A model generated the notes under the pieces. It was not told the origin of the DNA. It did not search any database and saw only the letters and a list, made by a program, of their open reading frames with translations. Below are positions 9,060 to 18,449 of a stretch of DNA of 32,000 nucleotides, in pieces. The position numbers and the translations under genes were made by a program. The DNA is taken from contig JAIZWK010000001.1 in NCBI GenBank assembly GCA_021498095.1, positions 3,240,001 through 3,272,000 on the forward strand. Reading direction: 5' to 3'. This DNA comes from Candidatus Harpocratesius repetitus. GTDB taxonomy: Archaea; Asgardarchaeota; Lokiarchaeia; Sigyniarchaeales; Promethearchaeaceae. Numbering within the stretch: position 1 is the first letter of the stretch; each line of letters starts with the position of its first letter.

Positions 9060-10130
9060 ATGACAAAAAAACAAATTGAAACACAATTGGATCCATATTT
9101 AAAAGCAATTATTAATAAAATTATGGATAAACAATTTGATTGGCATGATGCAGAGGAATTTCTTAAATATCATAAAACTGAAGAATGGGATATGTTTTTT
9201 AATAAAGTATTCGCTGAAATAATCTCTCCTGGAACAATAGAGAAAAGAATTAAATGTTATATTCCTGGTTCTGAGTTTCCATCAATTTCTTTAACAGGAG
9301 ATGCTTGTGCATTGGATTGTGAACATTGTGATAAAAAATATTTACATCATATGTTACCTGCCACAACACCAGACCATTTAGAAGAAGTTTTTAAGCAAAT
9401 GACACAAAACGGAAAAATTGGAACACTTCTTTCAGGAGGTTGTGATATTAATGGAAAAATAATATACAATCCATTTGCAGATGTAATCAAGCATTTTAAA
9501 AACTCGCCAACAGGAAAAAATTTTTATCTTAATTCACACGTAGGCTTAGTAAGTGATTCTGAAGCACAGTTAATTCACGATATTGGAATAGATTGTGTAT
9601 CCTTTGATGTTAATTTAGATCCAGAAGTTATTTCAAATGTTTTTCATTTGGATCATACACCTGAAGATTATAAGAATAGTTTTCAAGCATTGCTAGATAA
9701 TAACGTAAGAGTAATTCCACACATTCTTATTGGTGCTAATTTTGGCCGAATAAAAGAAGAAATCACAGCTCTTCAGTATGTAGCACAATTTTCTCCAGAA
9801 ATTTTAGTTTTCATAGTAATGATCCCTCCACGGCATGCTGGAAAAATGGATTCAAGATTTTCATTGGTTCCCCCAGAAGATATTGCCAAATTAATTCTAA
9901 TTGCACATTATTTCATGCCATCAACTGAAATATCACTTGGATGCATGCGGCCATATTGGAATCAAGCATTTACCACAGAAAAATGGGCAGTTCAAGCAGG
10001 TTTATCAAGATTAGTCAAACCAACTCTAAAGATGCGCCATTGGTTAAAGGAGCAATCATTTCAATTGGATTTCTATTCAGCTTGTTGTTTAATACCAACC
10101 GAATTTGAACATTTTGCAAAAAAAGAATAA
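9060..10130 (+). CDS. lipS1: Radical SAM protein, archaeal lipoyl synthase subunit LipS1-like
   Basis: CxxxCxxC (CALDCEHC), LGCMRP and terminal SACC, matching the GC(M/A)R and CC motifs of Thermococcus LipS1. Confidence 0.75.
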   Translation: MTKKQIETQLDPYLKAIINKIMDKQFDWHDAEEFLKYHKTEEWDMFFNKVFAEIISPGTIEKRIKCYIPGSEFPSISLTGDACALDCEHCDKKYLHHMLPATTPDHLEEVFKQMTQNGKIGTLLSGGCDINGKIIYNPFADVIKHFKNSPTGKNFYLNSHVGLVSDSEAQLIHDIGIDCVSFDVNLDPEVISNVFHLDHTPEDYKNSFQALLDNNVRVIPHILIGANFGRIKEEITALQYVAQFSPEILVFIVMIPPRHAGKMDSRFSLVPPEDIAKLILIAHYFMPSTEISLGCMRPYWNQAFTTEKWAVQAGLSRLVKPTLKMRHWLKEQSFQLDFYSACCLIPTEFEHFAKKE

Positions 10131-10143
10131 TTTTTTTTTCTTT
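10131..10143 (+). terminator. Probable oligo-T terminator after the lipoylation cluster
   Basis: Run of T directly after the TAA of 9060..10130, typical of archaeal intrinsic termination. Confidence 0.4.
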
Positions 10144-10331
10144 AATTAAATCAGGTAATAGCTTAATTATTGAATCATTTTTCACCAATATAGTCACTTT
10201 TTAACCGAGTTAAAGCAATTGAATAGATTACTTGGTAATTATTGATTTTACTAATTTTCTCAATTCTATCTATATAATTATATTCTCGAAAGTAGGAAAG
10301 AAATTCTTAAAAAGTCTATCAACAGAGTATA

Positions 10332-12209
10332 ATGGTAAATCGAATTCATATCAACTTTACTGAAGATGGAGAAAAATTAAAAATGTCTTATGAATTTTAC
10401 GGAAAGAATGAAGCCCGACTTCAATATGATGAACCAAATAACTTGGTTGATTTTTATCGTAATTCTGTTCAAAAATATCCGGATAATTTAGTAATTGGAG
10501 AGCGAGATGCAAATTCAGTATTTCACTGGACTACCTATCGAGAATTTGGAGAACGAATTGATCGTTTAAGAGCAGGAATTGCACAGTTGGGAATAATACA
10601 ACCTGGCGATAAAATTGGAATTATTATGGGAAACTCGCTAGAATGGGCAATAGGAGCATTCGCAACATTTGGATTGCGCGCATGTTGGGTTCCAATGTAT
10701 GAAAAAGAACTTCATCATACTTGGGAATATATAATTAAGGATAGTGGAATGAAAATTGTTTTTGTAAAAAATCAAGAAATCTATGAGATTGTTAAAAAAT
10801 TTCAATCTAACATTCCAACACTTCAAAAAATATTCATTGTGAAGGGAGAAGGAGAAAATTCTTTTTCAGCTTTAGAAGAATTAGGAAAAGCACATCCAAT
10901 TGATCCAATTACTCCTGATATCCATGACGATGCTGCAATCATTTATACTTCAGGAACAACTGGAGATCCTAAGGGTGTTATTCTAACTCATGGAAACTTT
11001 GCAGCAAATTCCAATGCAGGTTCTAATTTATATCCAGAAATCAATAATACAGCCCGTGCTCTTTCAATTCTTCCTTGGGCACACAGTTATGCTATGACAG
11101 CCGAACTATACACCTTTGTAAAGGTCGGTGCATCAATAGGAATAACAGATGTTGATCATCTTTCTGAAGATTTAAGCAAAACGAATCCCACCCATCTTAT
11201 TTGTGTTCCACGACTGTTTAATAAAATTTACCAAGGTATTCATAAAATTATGGAAGAAACCGGTGGAATCAAATATAAACTCTTTTTAGCAGCTAAAAAG
11301 GCAGCAAAACAAAAAAGAGAAACCGGTAAAAGTAGTTTAAAACTAAAGATTTTAGATAAACTCGTCTTTTCCAAAGTGCGTGCTAAATTTGGAAATAGAT
11401 TGTATGCCTCTCTAACAGCTAGTGCTAAAACGGAGCTAGAAGTCGCAAATTTCTTCTTTGACATCGGACTTCCAATCTATGATTGTTATGGTATGACCGA
11501 AACAGCTCCAGCCATAACAATGAACTGCGAACGTTATCACAGATTGGGAAGCGTTGGTAAACCAATTGAGTATGTTAAGGTAGTAATCGATAAATCAATG
11601 ATGCCGGAAGGATCAGAAGATGGGGAAATCATTGCTTATGGTCCAAATGTGATGAAGGGCTATCTAAATAAACCGGAAAAAACGGCAGAAATAATGGTAA
11701 AGGATGAAAATGGTATACCAGGAGTACGAACTGGAGATTTGGGAAGATTAGATGAAGACAATTTCCTATACATTACAGGACGTATAAAAAATGAATATAA
11801 ACTTCTAAATGGAAAATATGTTCATCCAGCTGAAATTGAAGAATTCACAAAGATTCTTCCATGGATTGCAAATATTTTTATCTATGGTGATGGTAGACCA
11901 TTTAATATTGCATTAATTGTTCCAGATAGCGAATATCTTCAAGCATATGCAAAAAAGCAAGGAATATCCAAATCATTTGAAGAATTAGTAGAAGATCCTA
12001 AAATTCAGGAATTAATTAAAGAAAAGATAACAACACACCTACGGCAAAAATTTGGAGGATATGAAATTCCGAAAAAATTCGCCTTTTTAACAGAAGATTT
12101 TACACTAGAAAATAAAATGCTCACTCAAACAATGAAATTAAAACGACGCACTGTGTTGGATCGTTATAAAAACCTAATTGAATCTCTTTATCAAGATGTA
12201 GAATATTAA
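10332..12209 (+). CDS. Long-chain fatty acyl-CoA synthetase (AMP-dependent, FadD15/ACSL-like)
   Basis: YTSGTTGDPKGV, YGMTE, RTGDLG, ITGRIK, and C-terminal LTQTMKLKR. Confidence 0.9.
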   Translation: MVNRIHINFTEDGEKLKMSYEFYGKNEARLQYDEPNNLVDFYRNSVQKYPDNLVIGERDANSVFHWTTYREFGERIDRLRAGIAQLGIIQPGDKIGIIMGNSLEWAIGAFATFGLRACWVPMYEKELHHTWEYIIKDSGMKIVFVKNQEIYEIVKKFQSNIPTLQKIFIVKGEGENSFSALEELGKAHPIDPITPDIHDDAAIIYTSGTTGDPKGVILTHGNFAANSNAGSNLYPEINNTARALSILPWAHSYAMTAELYTFVKVGASIGITDVDHLSEDLSKTNPTHLICVPRLFNKIYQGIHKIMEETGGIKYKLFLAAKKAAKQKRETGKSSLKLKILDKLVFSKVRAKFGNRLYASLTASAKTELEVANFFFDIGLPIYDCYGMTETAPAITMNCERYHRLGSVGKPIEYVKVVIDKSMMPEGSEDGEIIAYGPNVMKGYLNKPEKTAEIMVKDENGIPGVRTGDLGRLDEDNFLYITGRIKNEYKLLNGKYVHPAEIEEFTKILPWIANIFIYGDGRPFNIALIVPDSEYLQAYAKKQGISKSFEELVEDPKIQELIKEKITTHLRQKFGGYEIPKKFAFLTEDFTLENKMLTQTMKLKRRTVLDRYKNLIESLYQDVEY

Positions 12210-12236
12210 TTATGAAGAATATTATTCTTTTTTTTC

Positions 12237-13732
12237 AGAGTACCCAATGAAATAACTTTTTTTACATTTTCCTCATCTACCATCTGGTTTTGGTATATTT
12301 TAAGCACGTTACAAGTTAATAGTCTGAGAAAATTTATCCATAAGCCAATCGCGATATTCTTGGAACGTCATTTGGTGATTAGAGAAGATTTGATCTCTTT
12401 CAATCTGCCAATAATTGAACAATAAATATTTGCCCATTTCACCAAAGAGTCGAGTTCCATCTCTATTTGACCGCCAAAGTCCTTTGTGAATGTTTACATC
12501 ACGAAACGCTGTCTCAATTTGCCATCTCATTTTGTAATATCGCTTGATTAGGTACACGAAAGACTTTGAGCGATACTGTGGTGCAATAGTCGTAATTAAG
12601 CCATATAATTGTTCACATGTTTCATTTAAACTTAATTGTCCTTGTCGATAGGCGTATTTCAAATCATTTAAATTCTGTTTTCCTCGAGGAAATAAATGAA
12701 CCCAGCAACGTGTAAATTTTCGCTTTTGGTTCGCTTTATTCTTAGTTCTTATTGTGAAGGTTTGAATCCTCTCTTTATTTCCTAAAATATACTCTTTTTT
12801 TGCTTTTTTAAGTTGTTTGTAGTTTTTTGCAGTTGTGATTACAGGAATTCCCCGATTTTTGAATGATTTTAAAATATTTTGACGGTAGTATTCACGATCA
12901 ATCATACAAACTTTGATTTCTAGTCCCAAATTTATTAACCAATCAGCAGTATTAAGCATATATGGAATCTTTGATTCTCCTTTTGCCACATGATGACATC
13001 CTACAAAAAAAGATTTATGCAGTTCATGAATCATCGTTCCATGATAATGACTGATCATTCTGGTTCCCTTTACCATTCTACTACCTTTTATCTTTAAATC
13101 TCTACGTTTTCCCTAATAGCCGAGATAAGTAAGGTCAAATTCTAACACGACAGGATGGGTTCTTCGATCTTTAAGGAAAACCAACCGAATCATCTTTTCA
13201 AATACAATTCGATAGATCTCTTCTACATTGAAAAGCGTCTGTGTCCGTAACCAATCATTTATTGTGGTTTGGTGTGGGAATGCACGGGATCTACGACCAT
13301 CATGATACTCACGAGGTTGAAAACCTAAAAATTTCTGTGCCCACCTGTTTAACTTTTCACAAGCATGGTGTACTGAGACACCACGGATCCAACAATAACA
13401 TAATACTGCCAAAATATCATCTAAATACCATTTTCGACCTTGTCGGGAGACGAGAATGTTAACAGCTTTGCAAACTGATTTCGCAAGATTTTTGAAGAAG
13501 GAAATCCTATTGAAAATTGAATAACGTGGACCGAATTGTGGAATTCGATAAACGGCTTGGGTATTTTGAGCCATAGAATTATCCAAGTATCCATTTCTTT
13601 TATTCTCGTTGATGCAAATACTAGACAATATGGGTTAATTGTTATTTATTTTTTTTGTCGAATAGTTGAGAACTGATTTCACTTTTTACTCTATAAATAT
13701 AAGTGTTTGTAAGTTCTTCATCCAATTGTGCC
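12237..13732 (-). mobile_element. Insertion sequence carrying the IS4-superfamily transposase; ends not resolved
   Basis: The transposase sits between host genes. Candidate ends A: imperfect inverted repeats at 12237-12258 and 13671-13692 (16/22 match, no TSD). Candidate ends B: AGCAC 12303 / GTGCC 13732 flanked by TA on both sides. Confidence 0.65.
12309..13628 (-). pseudogene. IS4-superfamily (ISH3-like) DDE transposase interrupted by one in-frame TAG
   Basis: ORFs 13113..13628 and 12309..13076 share a frame and read ...FDLTYLGY*GKRRDLKIKGSRMVKG... across TAG 13113-13115. Motifs: FDLT (D1), IDREYY (D2), YKMRWQIETAFR (YREK). Likely start is ATG 13574. Confidence 0.85.
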
Positions 13733-13771
13733 TAAAATTTTTTTTTTATCCATCTTTTAATATATCTCGTA

Positions 13772-16114
13772 ATGGTTCCAACGCAAAATTCTACAAATTC
13801 CGATATCTCCCCTCTAAACGAAAATGATATTCCAGATGAAATTGATAAATCAAAAATTTTTGCAAAAGTTTCAGAACTTACTCAAATCGCAGTAGATAGA
13901 ACTGCAAAAGCAATAGAATTAATTGAATCAGGAAATACAGTACCATTCATTGCTAGATATCGTAAGGAAATAACCGGCAATATGGATGAAGAAGTTTTAC
14001 GCACTGTGAAAAAGACATACTCACAAATAACTCAATTAGAAGAAAGAAAAATCTTCGTTCTTCATGCTATTCAAAAACAACAAAAACTCACTACTGAAAT
14101 TAAAGATCAAATCATAGAAGCAGATAATTTACAAACAGTAGAAGATATTTATTTACCATTTAAACCCAAAATTAAAACACTAGCAACAAAAGCAAGGGAA
14201 AAAGGGCTCCAACCTCTCGCAGATGCAATAAAAACGGGAAAAATTTCAATTCCCTTAAATAAATCACCAGACGAATTTATTGCTCAATATATTAATCCCG
14301 AAAAAGGTGTTTCTACGCCTCAAGAAGCTATAGATGGAAGTATTGATATTATTGCTGAAGAAACCAGTACTATTCCTGAAATTAGGCAATTTGTTCGAAG
14401 TGAAATTGAAAAAAAAAATACCGTTTCTGCTTCAATCAGAGATGAAGTTCTTCAAGGAAAAGTTGAAATTAAAAATGAAAATGGAAAAATCATTGATTAT
14501 CATATTTTTGAAAACTATTTTGATTTTTCAGCCGCAGGTTCTCATTTACAAAATCATCAAATACTCGCTTTGAATAGGGCAGAGAATTTAGATGTTATCT
14601 CTTTAAACATTGAAACTTCTGATGAAAATCTAATTCATGAAATTCAAAAACAAATAATTGGTTCTCAAACTGAAAAATCTAATCCATTTCTTCCTTACTA
14701 TTTAAAGGGAATTGAGAGAGGTTATAAAAGATATATGATTCGCTCATTAAAACGTGAATACTGGAAAAAACTCACTGAGCGCGCCGAAATACACGCAATT
14801 AATGTCTTTGCAACAAATTTAAGAAATTTATTAATGACCCCACCCTTGAAGAATCGTTCCATTATTGGAATCGATCCTGGTTATAGAACTGGTTGTAAAG
14901 TGGCTGTGATTGATAAACAAGGCAATTATTTGGACAATACTGTAATTTATGTTACCCCACCGAAAGAGAATATACCAGATGCTATGAAAAAACTGGCAGA
15001 ATTTGTTCAAAAATATGATGCATATACAATTGCTATTGGAAACGGGACTGCTTCAAGAGAAACTGAACAGTTTGTAGCAGAATTTGCAAAAAAAATGAAG
15101 AATAAGCTGAAATCAGAAAATCAAATTGAATACGCAATTGTAAGTGAAGCTGGAGCATCGGTATATAGTGCTTCAGCTGCTGCTCGTCAAGAGTTCCCAG
15201 ATTTAGATTTAACTGTACGCGGCGCGATTAGTATTGCTAGAAGATTACAAGATCCATTAGCAGAATTAATAAAAATTGATCCAAAATCAATAGGTGTGGG
15301 ATTATATCAACATGATGTGAATCAAACAGCTTTACGAGACGCTCTTGATGAAGTTATTGAAGATTGTGTCAATTCGGTAGGTGTTGATTTAAACACTGCA
15401 TCACCTCAATTGTTGGAACATGTGTCTGGCTTAAATCGCTCAATAGCCAAGAAAATTGTCGTATATCGCCAGGAAAATGGATCTTTTTATTCTCGCAATC
15501 AGCTTTATGAAATTCGAGGATTAGGCGAAAAAACTTTTGAACAATGTGCTGGCTTTTTAAAAGTATTTGATGGCTCAGATCCACTAGATGCGACTATTAT
15601 TCATCCCGAATCATATGAAATAGTACAAAAAATACTTGAAAAGATAAAAATTACCCCCGAACAGCTATTAGATTCTTCAGTATCAAAAGCAATAGCAAGA
15701 CGTCTGCAAAAAGTCAACCCAATTGAAATTGCTCAGGAATTTAAAGAAAAATCAATCGATCCAGAAAAAATTAAGTATATTTTAGATCAATTAGCAAAAC
15801 CGACCTTAGATCCTCGAGATAAACTGGAACCTCCGCTATTACGAAAGGATATTCTTTCAATTGAAGATCTAAAGGAGGGAATGATTGTAAAGGGAACAGT
15901 TCGCAATGTTGTCGATTTTGGGGCGTTTGTAGACATTGGAATTAAACATGATGGTTTGATTCATAGATCGGAAATTGCTAATCGTTATGTAAGGAATCCA
16001 AATGAGTATTTATCGGTAGGAGATATTGTGGAAGTGATGATTATCGGTGTAGATAGAAGTCGAAATCGTGTTCAACTTTCACTTAAGCAAGTACCTCAAC
16101 CTGATCGTTCTTAA
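13772..16114 (+). CDS. tex: Tex (YhgF) family transcription accessory protein with S1 domain
   Basis: GNTVPFIARYRKE, IDPGYRTGCKVAV, SEAGASVYSAS, ARRLQDPLAELIKIDPKSIGVGLYQHDV, VDLNTAS, and C-terminal S1 GTVRNVVDFGAFVDIG. Confidence 0.95.
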   Translation: MVPTQNSTNSDISPLNENDIPDEIDKSKIFAKVSELTQIAVDRTAKAIELIESGNTVPFIARYRKEITGNMDEEVLRTVKKTYSQITQLEERKIFVLHAIQKQQKLTTEIKDQIIEADNLQTVEDIYLPFKPKIKTLATKAREKGLQPLADAIKTGKISIPLNKSPDEFIAQYINPEKGVSTPQEAIDGSIDIIAEETSTIPEIRQFVRSEIEKKNTVSASIRDEVLQGKVEIKNENGKIIDYHIFENYFDFSAAGSHLQNHQILALNRAENLDVISLNIETSDENLIHEIQKQIIGSQTEKSNPFLPYYLKGIERGYKRYMIRSLKREYWKKLTERAEIHAINVFATNLRNLLMTPPLKNRSIIGIDPGYRTGCKVAVIDKQGNYLDNTVIYVTPPKENIPDAMKKLAEFVQKYDAYTIAIGNGTASRETEQFVAEFAKKMKNKLKSENQIEYAIVSEAGASVYSASAAARQEFPDLDLTVRGAISIARRLQDPLAELIKIDPKSIGVGLYQHDVNQTALRDALDEVIEDCVNSVGVDLNTASPQLLEHVSGLNRSIAKKIVVYRQENGSFYSRNQLYEIRGLGEKTFEQCAGFLKVFDGSDPLDATIIHPESYEIVQKILEKIKITPEQLLDSSVSKAIARRLQKVNPIEIAQEFKEKSIDPEKIKYILDQLAKPTLDPRDKLEPPLLRKDILSIEDLKEGMIVKGTVRNVVDFGAFVDIGIKHDGLIHRSEIANRYVRNPNEYLSVGDIVEVMIIGVDRSRNRVQLSLKQVPQPDRS

Positions 16115-16162
16115 CTTTGCTTAATGAAGCATTTTCATTTTTTATTTAAGAACTTGAAATAT

Positions 16163-16684
16163 TTAATCATCATCGAAGTCAAAAAATACTTCTTGTTTTT
16201 TCACTCTCCGTTGTTGATCTGAAGTGATGAATGTTAAATTCTTTCCTAATGATGAAGTTGATACATTTCTATTTGAATTTGGATTGTTTGCACGCAATTC
16301 TTCTGTAATAATATTAAAAGAATCATGTATTAAAGCACTATTTTCTGCGTTATCCATATTTTCCATATTTTCCACTTTTTCCATATTTTCCAATATTGTG
16401 TCGAGAATGGTATCGTTGCTGGCAATATTGCTTTGAAACTGCTTCTTCATTAATAATTTTAATAGAATTTTTTGAAAATTCCTTTTAACTCTAAAAAGCC
16501 ATTTTCTGAAACCAGAATTTTGTTTTCTCAATTTTCGTTGGTTCTTCTTCCATTGATATAATTCCTGCTGAATAATTGCCGCCCATTCCGATCGAGGTAC
16601 TTCTTGCTCATTCAAACGAAATTTCCAACGTTGAATAAAAAGCTTTTCTTCTAAAGTAAAATTAGATTTATTTTTTGAATTCAT
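16163..16684 (-). CDS. Hypothetical protein, 173 aa, basic N-terminal half
   Basis: ATG start 23 bp after the stop of the Mut7-C gene, same strand; no motif recognised. Confidence 0.6.
   Translation of the reverse strand: MNSKNKSNFTLEEKLFIQRWKFRLNEQEVPRSEWAAIIQQELYQWKKNQRKLRKQNSGFRKWLFRVKRNFQKILLKLLMKKQFQSNIASNDTILDTILENMEKVENMENMDNAENSALIHDSFNIITEELRANNPNSNRNVSTSSLGKNLTFITSDQQRRVKKQEVFFDFDDD
16343..16393 (+). repeat. Imperfect 9-bp coding tandem repeat, about 5 units
   Basis: TTCCATATT-type units encode LEN-MEK-VEN-MEN-MDN-AEN on the minus strand. Confidence 0.75.
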
Positions 16685-16707
16685 TCTTATATTTTTTAAT
16701 ACATCAT

Positions 16708-17295
16708 CTATAAATTTTTTTTCGAAAAAGAAGGACTATTAAACCGAATGGCGACTTTCTTAAGTGTTCGGAGTATATCCATCCAATGTCTGCCAATCCA
16801 ATATATTTTCTTACAATTTGGATTAGAACATTGCCAGTAATTATGAAAATAGCGAGATGTTCCTTCAGAAACTAGAGTTTTAGCTTCTTGTTCTGAAATC
16901 GATTTCAAGGAAGAATTGCATTTGGTACAACGTGGTTGGAATGGAATTCTAATATTTAACGAAATATCTTCAGATTTGTTTGAAACTTCTATCATCTCTT
17001 GCGAATCAGGTGCATCCCATAAATAATTTTCTGGTTTTATATCAAAAGTTTTAAAAAAGCAGGTAAGAAAATCAACCACGGTTTCAACATCGCAGTAAAC
17101 CCCATATGGTAAGGTTTTTGAATAATTTTTTGATGAAACGGGGTTACATCGTTGATACAGTTGAAAATCCCGAGTAATCAAAATTCGTTGTGTTTCTAGA
17201 GCAATCTTTAGGAGATATGAATCATTCCAATGAGAATCGGCAATTTCAGTATCAAATCCCAGTAATCGTAGAAATCGCCCAAATTTTCCAAACAT
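16708..17295 (-). CDS. Mut7-C RNase (PIN-like) domain protein with Zn ribbon; true start probably upstream
   Basis: The in-frame upstream sequence reads KLRFIVDAMFGKFGRFLRLLGFDT. Also RILITRD, PRCTKCN and WQCSNPNCKKIYWIGRHW. The frame is open up to 17358. Confidence 0.85.
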   Translation of the reverse strand: MFGKFGRFLRLLGFDTEIADSHWNDSYLLKIALETQRILITRDFQLYQRCNPVSSKNYSKTLPYGVYCDVETVVDFLTCFFKTFDIKPENYLWDAPDSQEMIEVSNKSEDISLNIRIPFQPRCTKCNSSLKSISEQEAKTLVSEGTSRYFHNYWQCSNPNCKKIYWIGRHWMDILRTLKKVAIRFNSPSFSKKNL

Positions 17296-17481
17296 TGCAT
17301 CTACAATAAATCTTAATTTTTGCTTTGGTTTTTGATTTTGATTAACTGAAATATCTACTCATTCCCATGTTATGTAATTTTTTTTAACTATTATAATAAA
17401 ATAAAATGCTCACATATAAAGCTTGAAATATCTAATTCACCCATTTTTCTATATATTATAAAATTAATAATAATCAAATAG

Positions 17482-18348
17482 TTGAAGAGTATTCAAATGA
17501 TCGATTGCACTTTTGCACATCTTCCTGGAATTCGCAGAAAAGGAGAAATCAGGCTGTGGCAAACACATATAAAGAATTGGAAAGAAATGATTGCTCATTC
17601 CCATACACACCCCCATTTTACAAAAAAAACCTGGTCGACCAGCCGTAAAGAAATTATTAAGTACCAAACTGCATTAGAACAGCACGATTTCCTTTTTTTA
17701 GCCAATCATATTCCAGAAGAGTTACAGTGGCGGATGATTCCTGATTTATGGGGTGATATTCTATTTTTAGATGTAGAAATGTCAGGTTTGAATCTAGATG
17801 AAGATTATATTACCACAATTGCAACATTTAATGGAAAAACACCAAAATATTTTGTAAAAGATCAAAATTTATCAGATTTTCCGAAATATTTTCAACAATT
17901 CTCTGCTTTTTGCACTTTTGATGGTGAACGCGCCGATCTTCCCTTCATTTTAAAGGAATTTAAGAATAAATTTAATATTGAATCATTATTACCCCCAATT
18001 CATTTTGATCTATTTTCCCTCAGTCGGCGTTTAAAATTACACGGAGGTTTAAAAGAAATTGAAACTCAATTTAACCTTTCCCGTAACAATTTAATAGGTC
18101 TATCAGGTGAAAGTGCGATTATATTATGGAAAAAATATCAGAAATCAGGTAAAATTAATTATCTGAATACTTTAATTGCTTATAATTTAGCAGATGTAAT
18201 GTTTCTCCCAAAATTACTACAAGAATTTTATAATCAATTGCGGATAAAAGCACAATTACCATCAAAGCCGATGACAAAAACATTTGAAGCATTTAGACTT
18301 CCCATTCAACCAGATCTTTCAGTTATTCAAGAAATTTCAGAAAAATAA
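17482..18348 (+). CDS. RNase H-like DEDD exonuclease (YprB/RNase_H_2 family)
   Basis: N-terminal TFAHLPGI...RLW, then LFLDVEMSGL, TFDGERADLPF, HFDL and YNLADV. Likely start is ATG 17497. Confidence 0.8.
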   Translation: MKSIQMIDCTFAHLPGIRRKGEIRLWQTHIKNWKEMIAHSHTHPHFTKKTWSTSRKEIIKYQTALEQHDFLFLANHIPEELQWRMIPDLWGDILFLDVEMSGLNLDEDYITTIATFNGKTPKYFVKDQNLSDFPKYFQQFSAFCTFDGERADLPFILKEFKNKFNIESLLPPIHFDLFSLSRRLKLHGGLKEIETQFNLSRNNLIGLSGESAIILWKKYQKSGKINYLNTLIAYNLADVMFLPKLLQEFYNQLRIKAQLPSKPMTKTFEAFRLPIQPDLSVIQEISEK

Positions 18349-18449
18349 ATTGGATTCATATTTGATTCCAGAACAATAATACAATTAAGATAAAGAAAAG
18401 CTGATTTCAAAAAATAAAATTCTATAAATTCGAGTTCACTTCTGTATAT

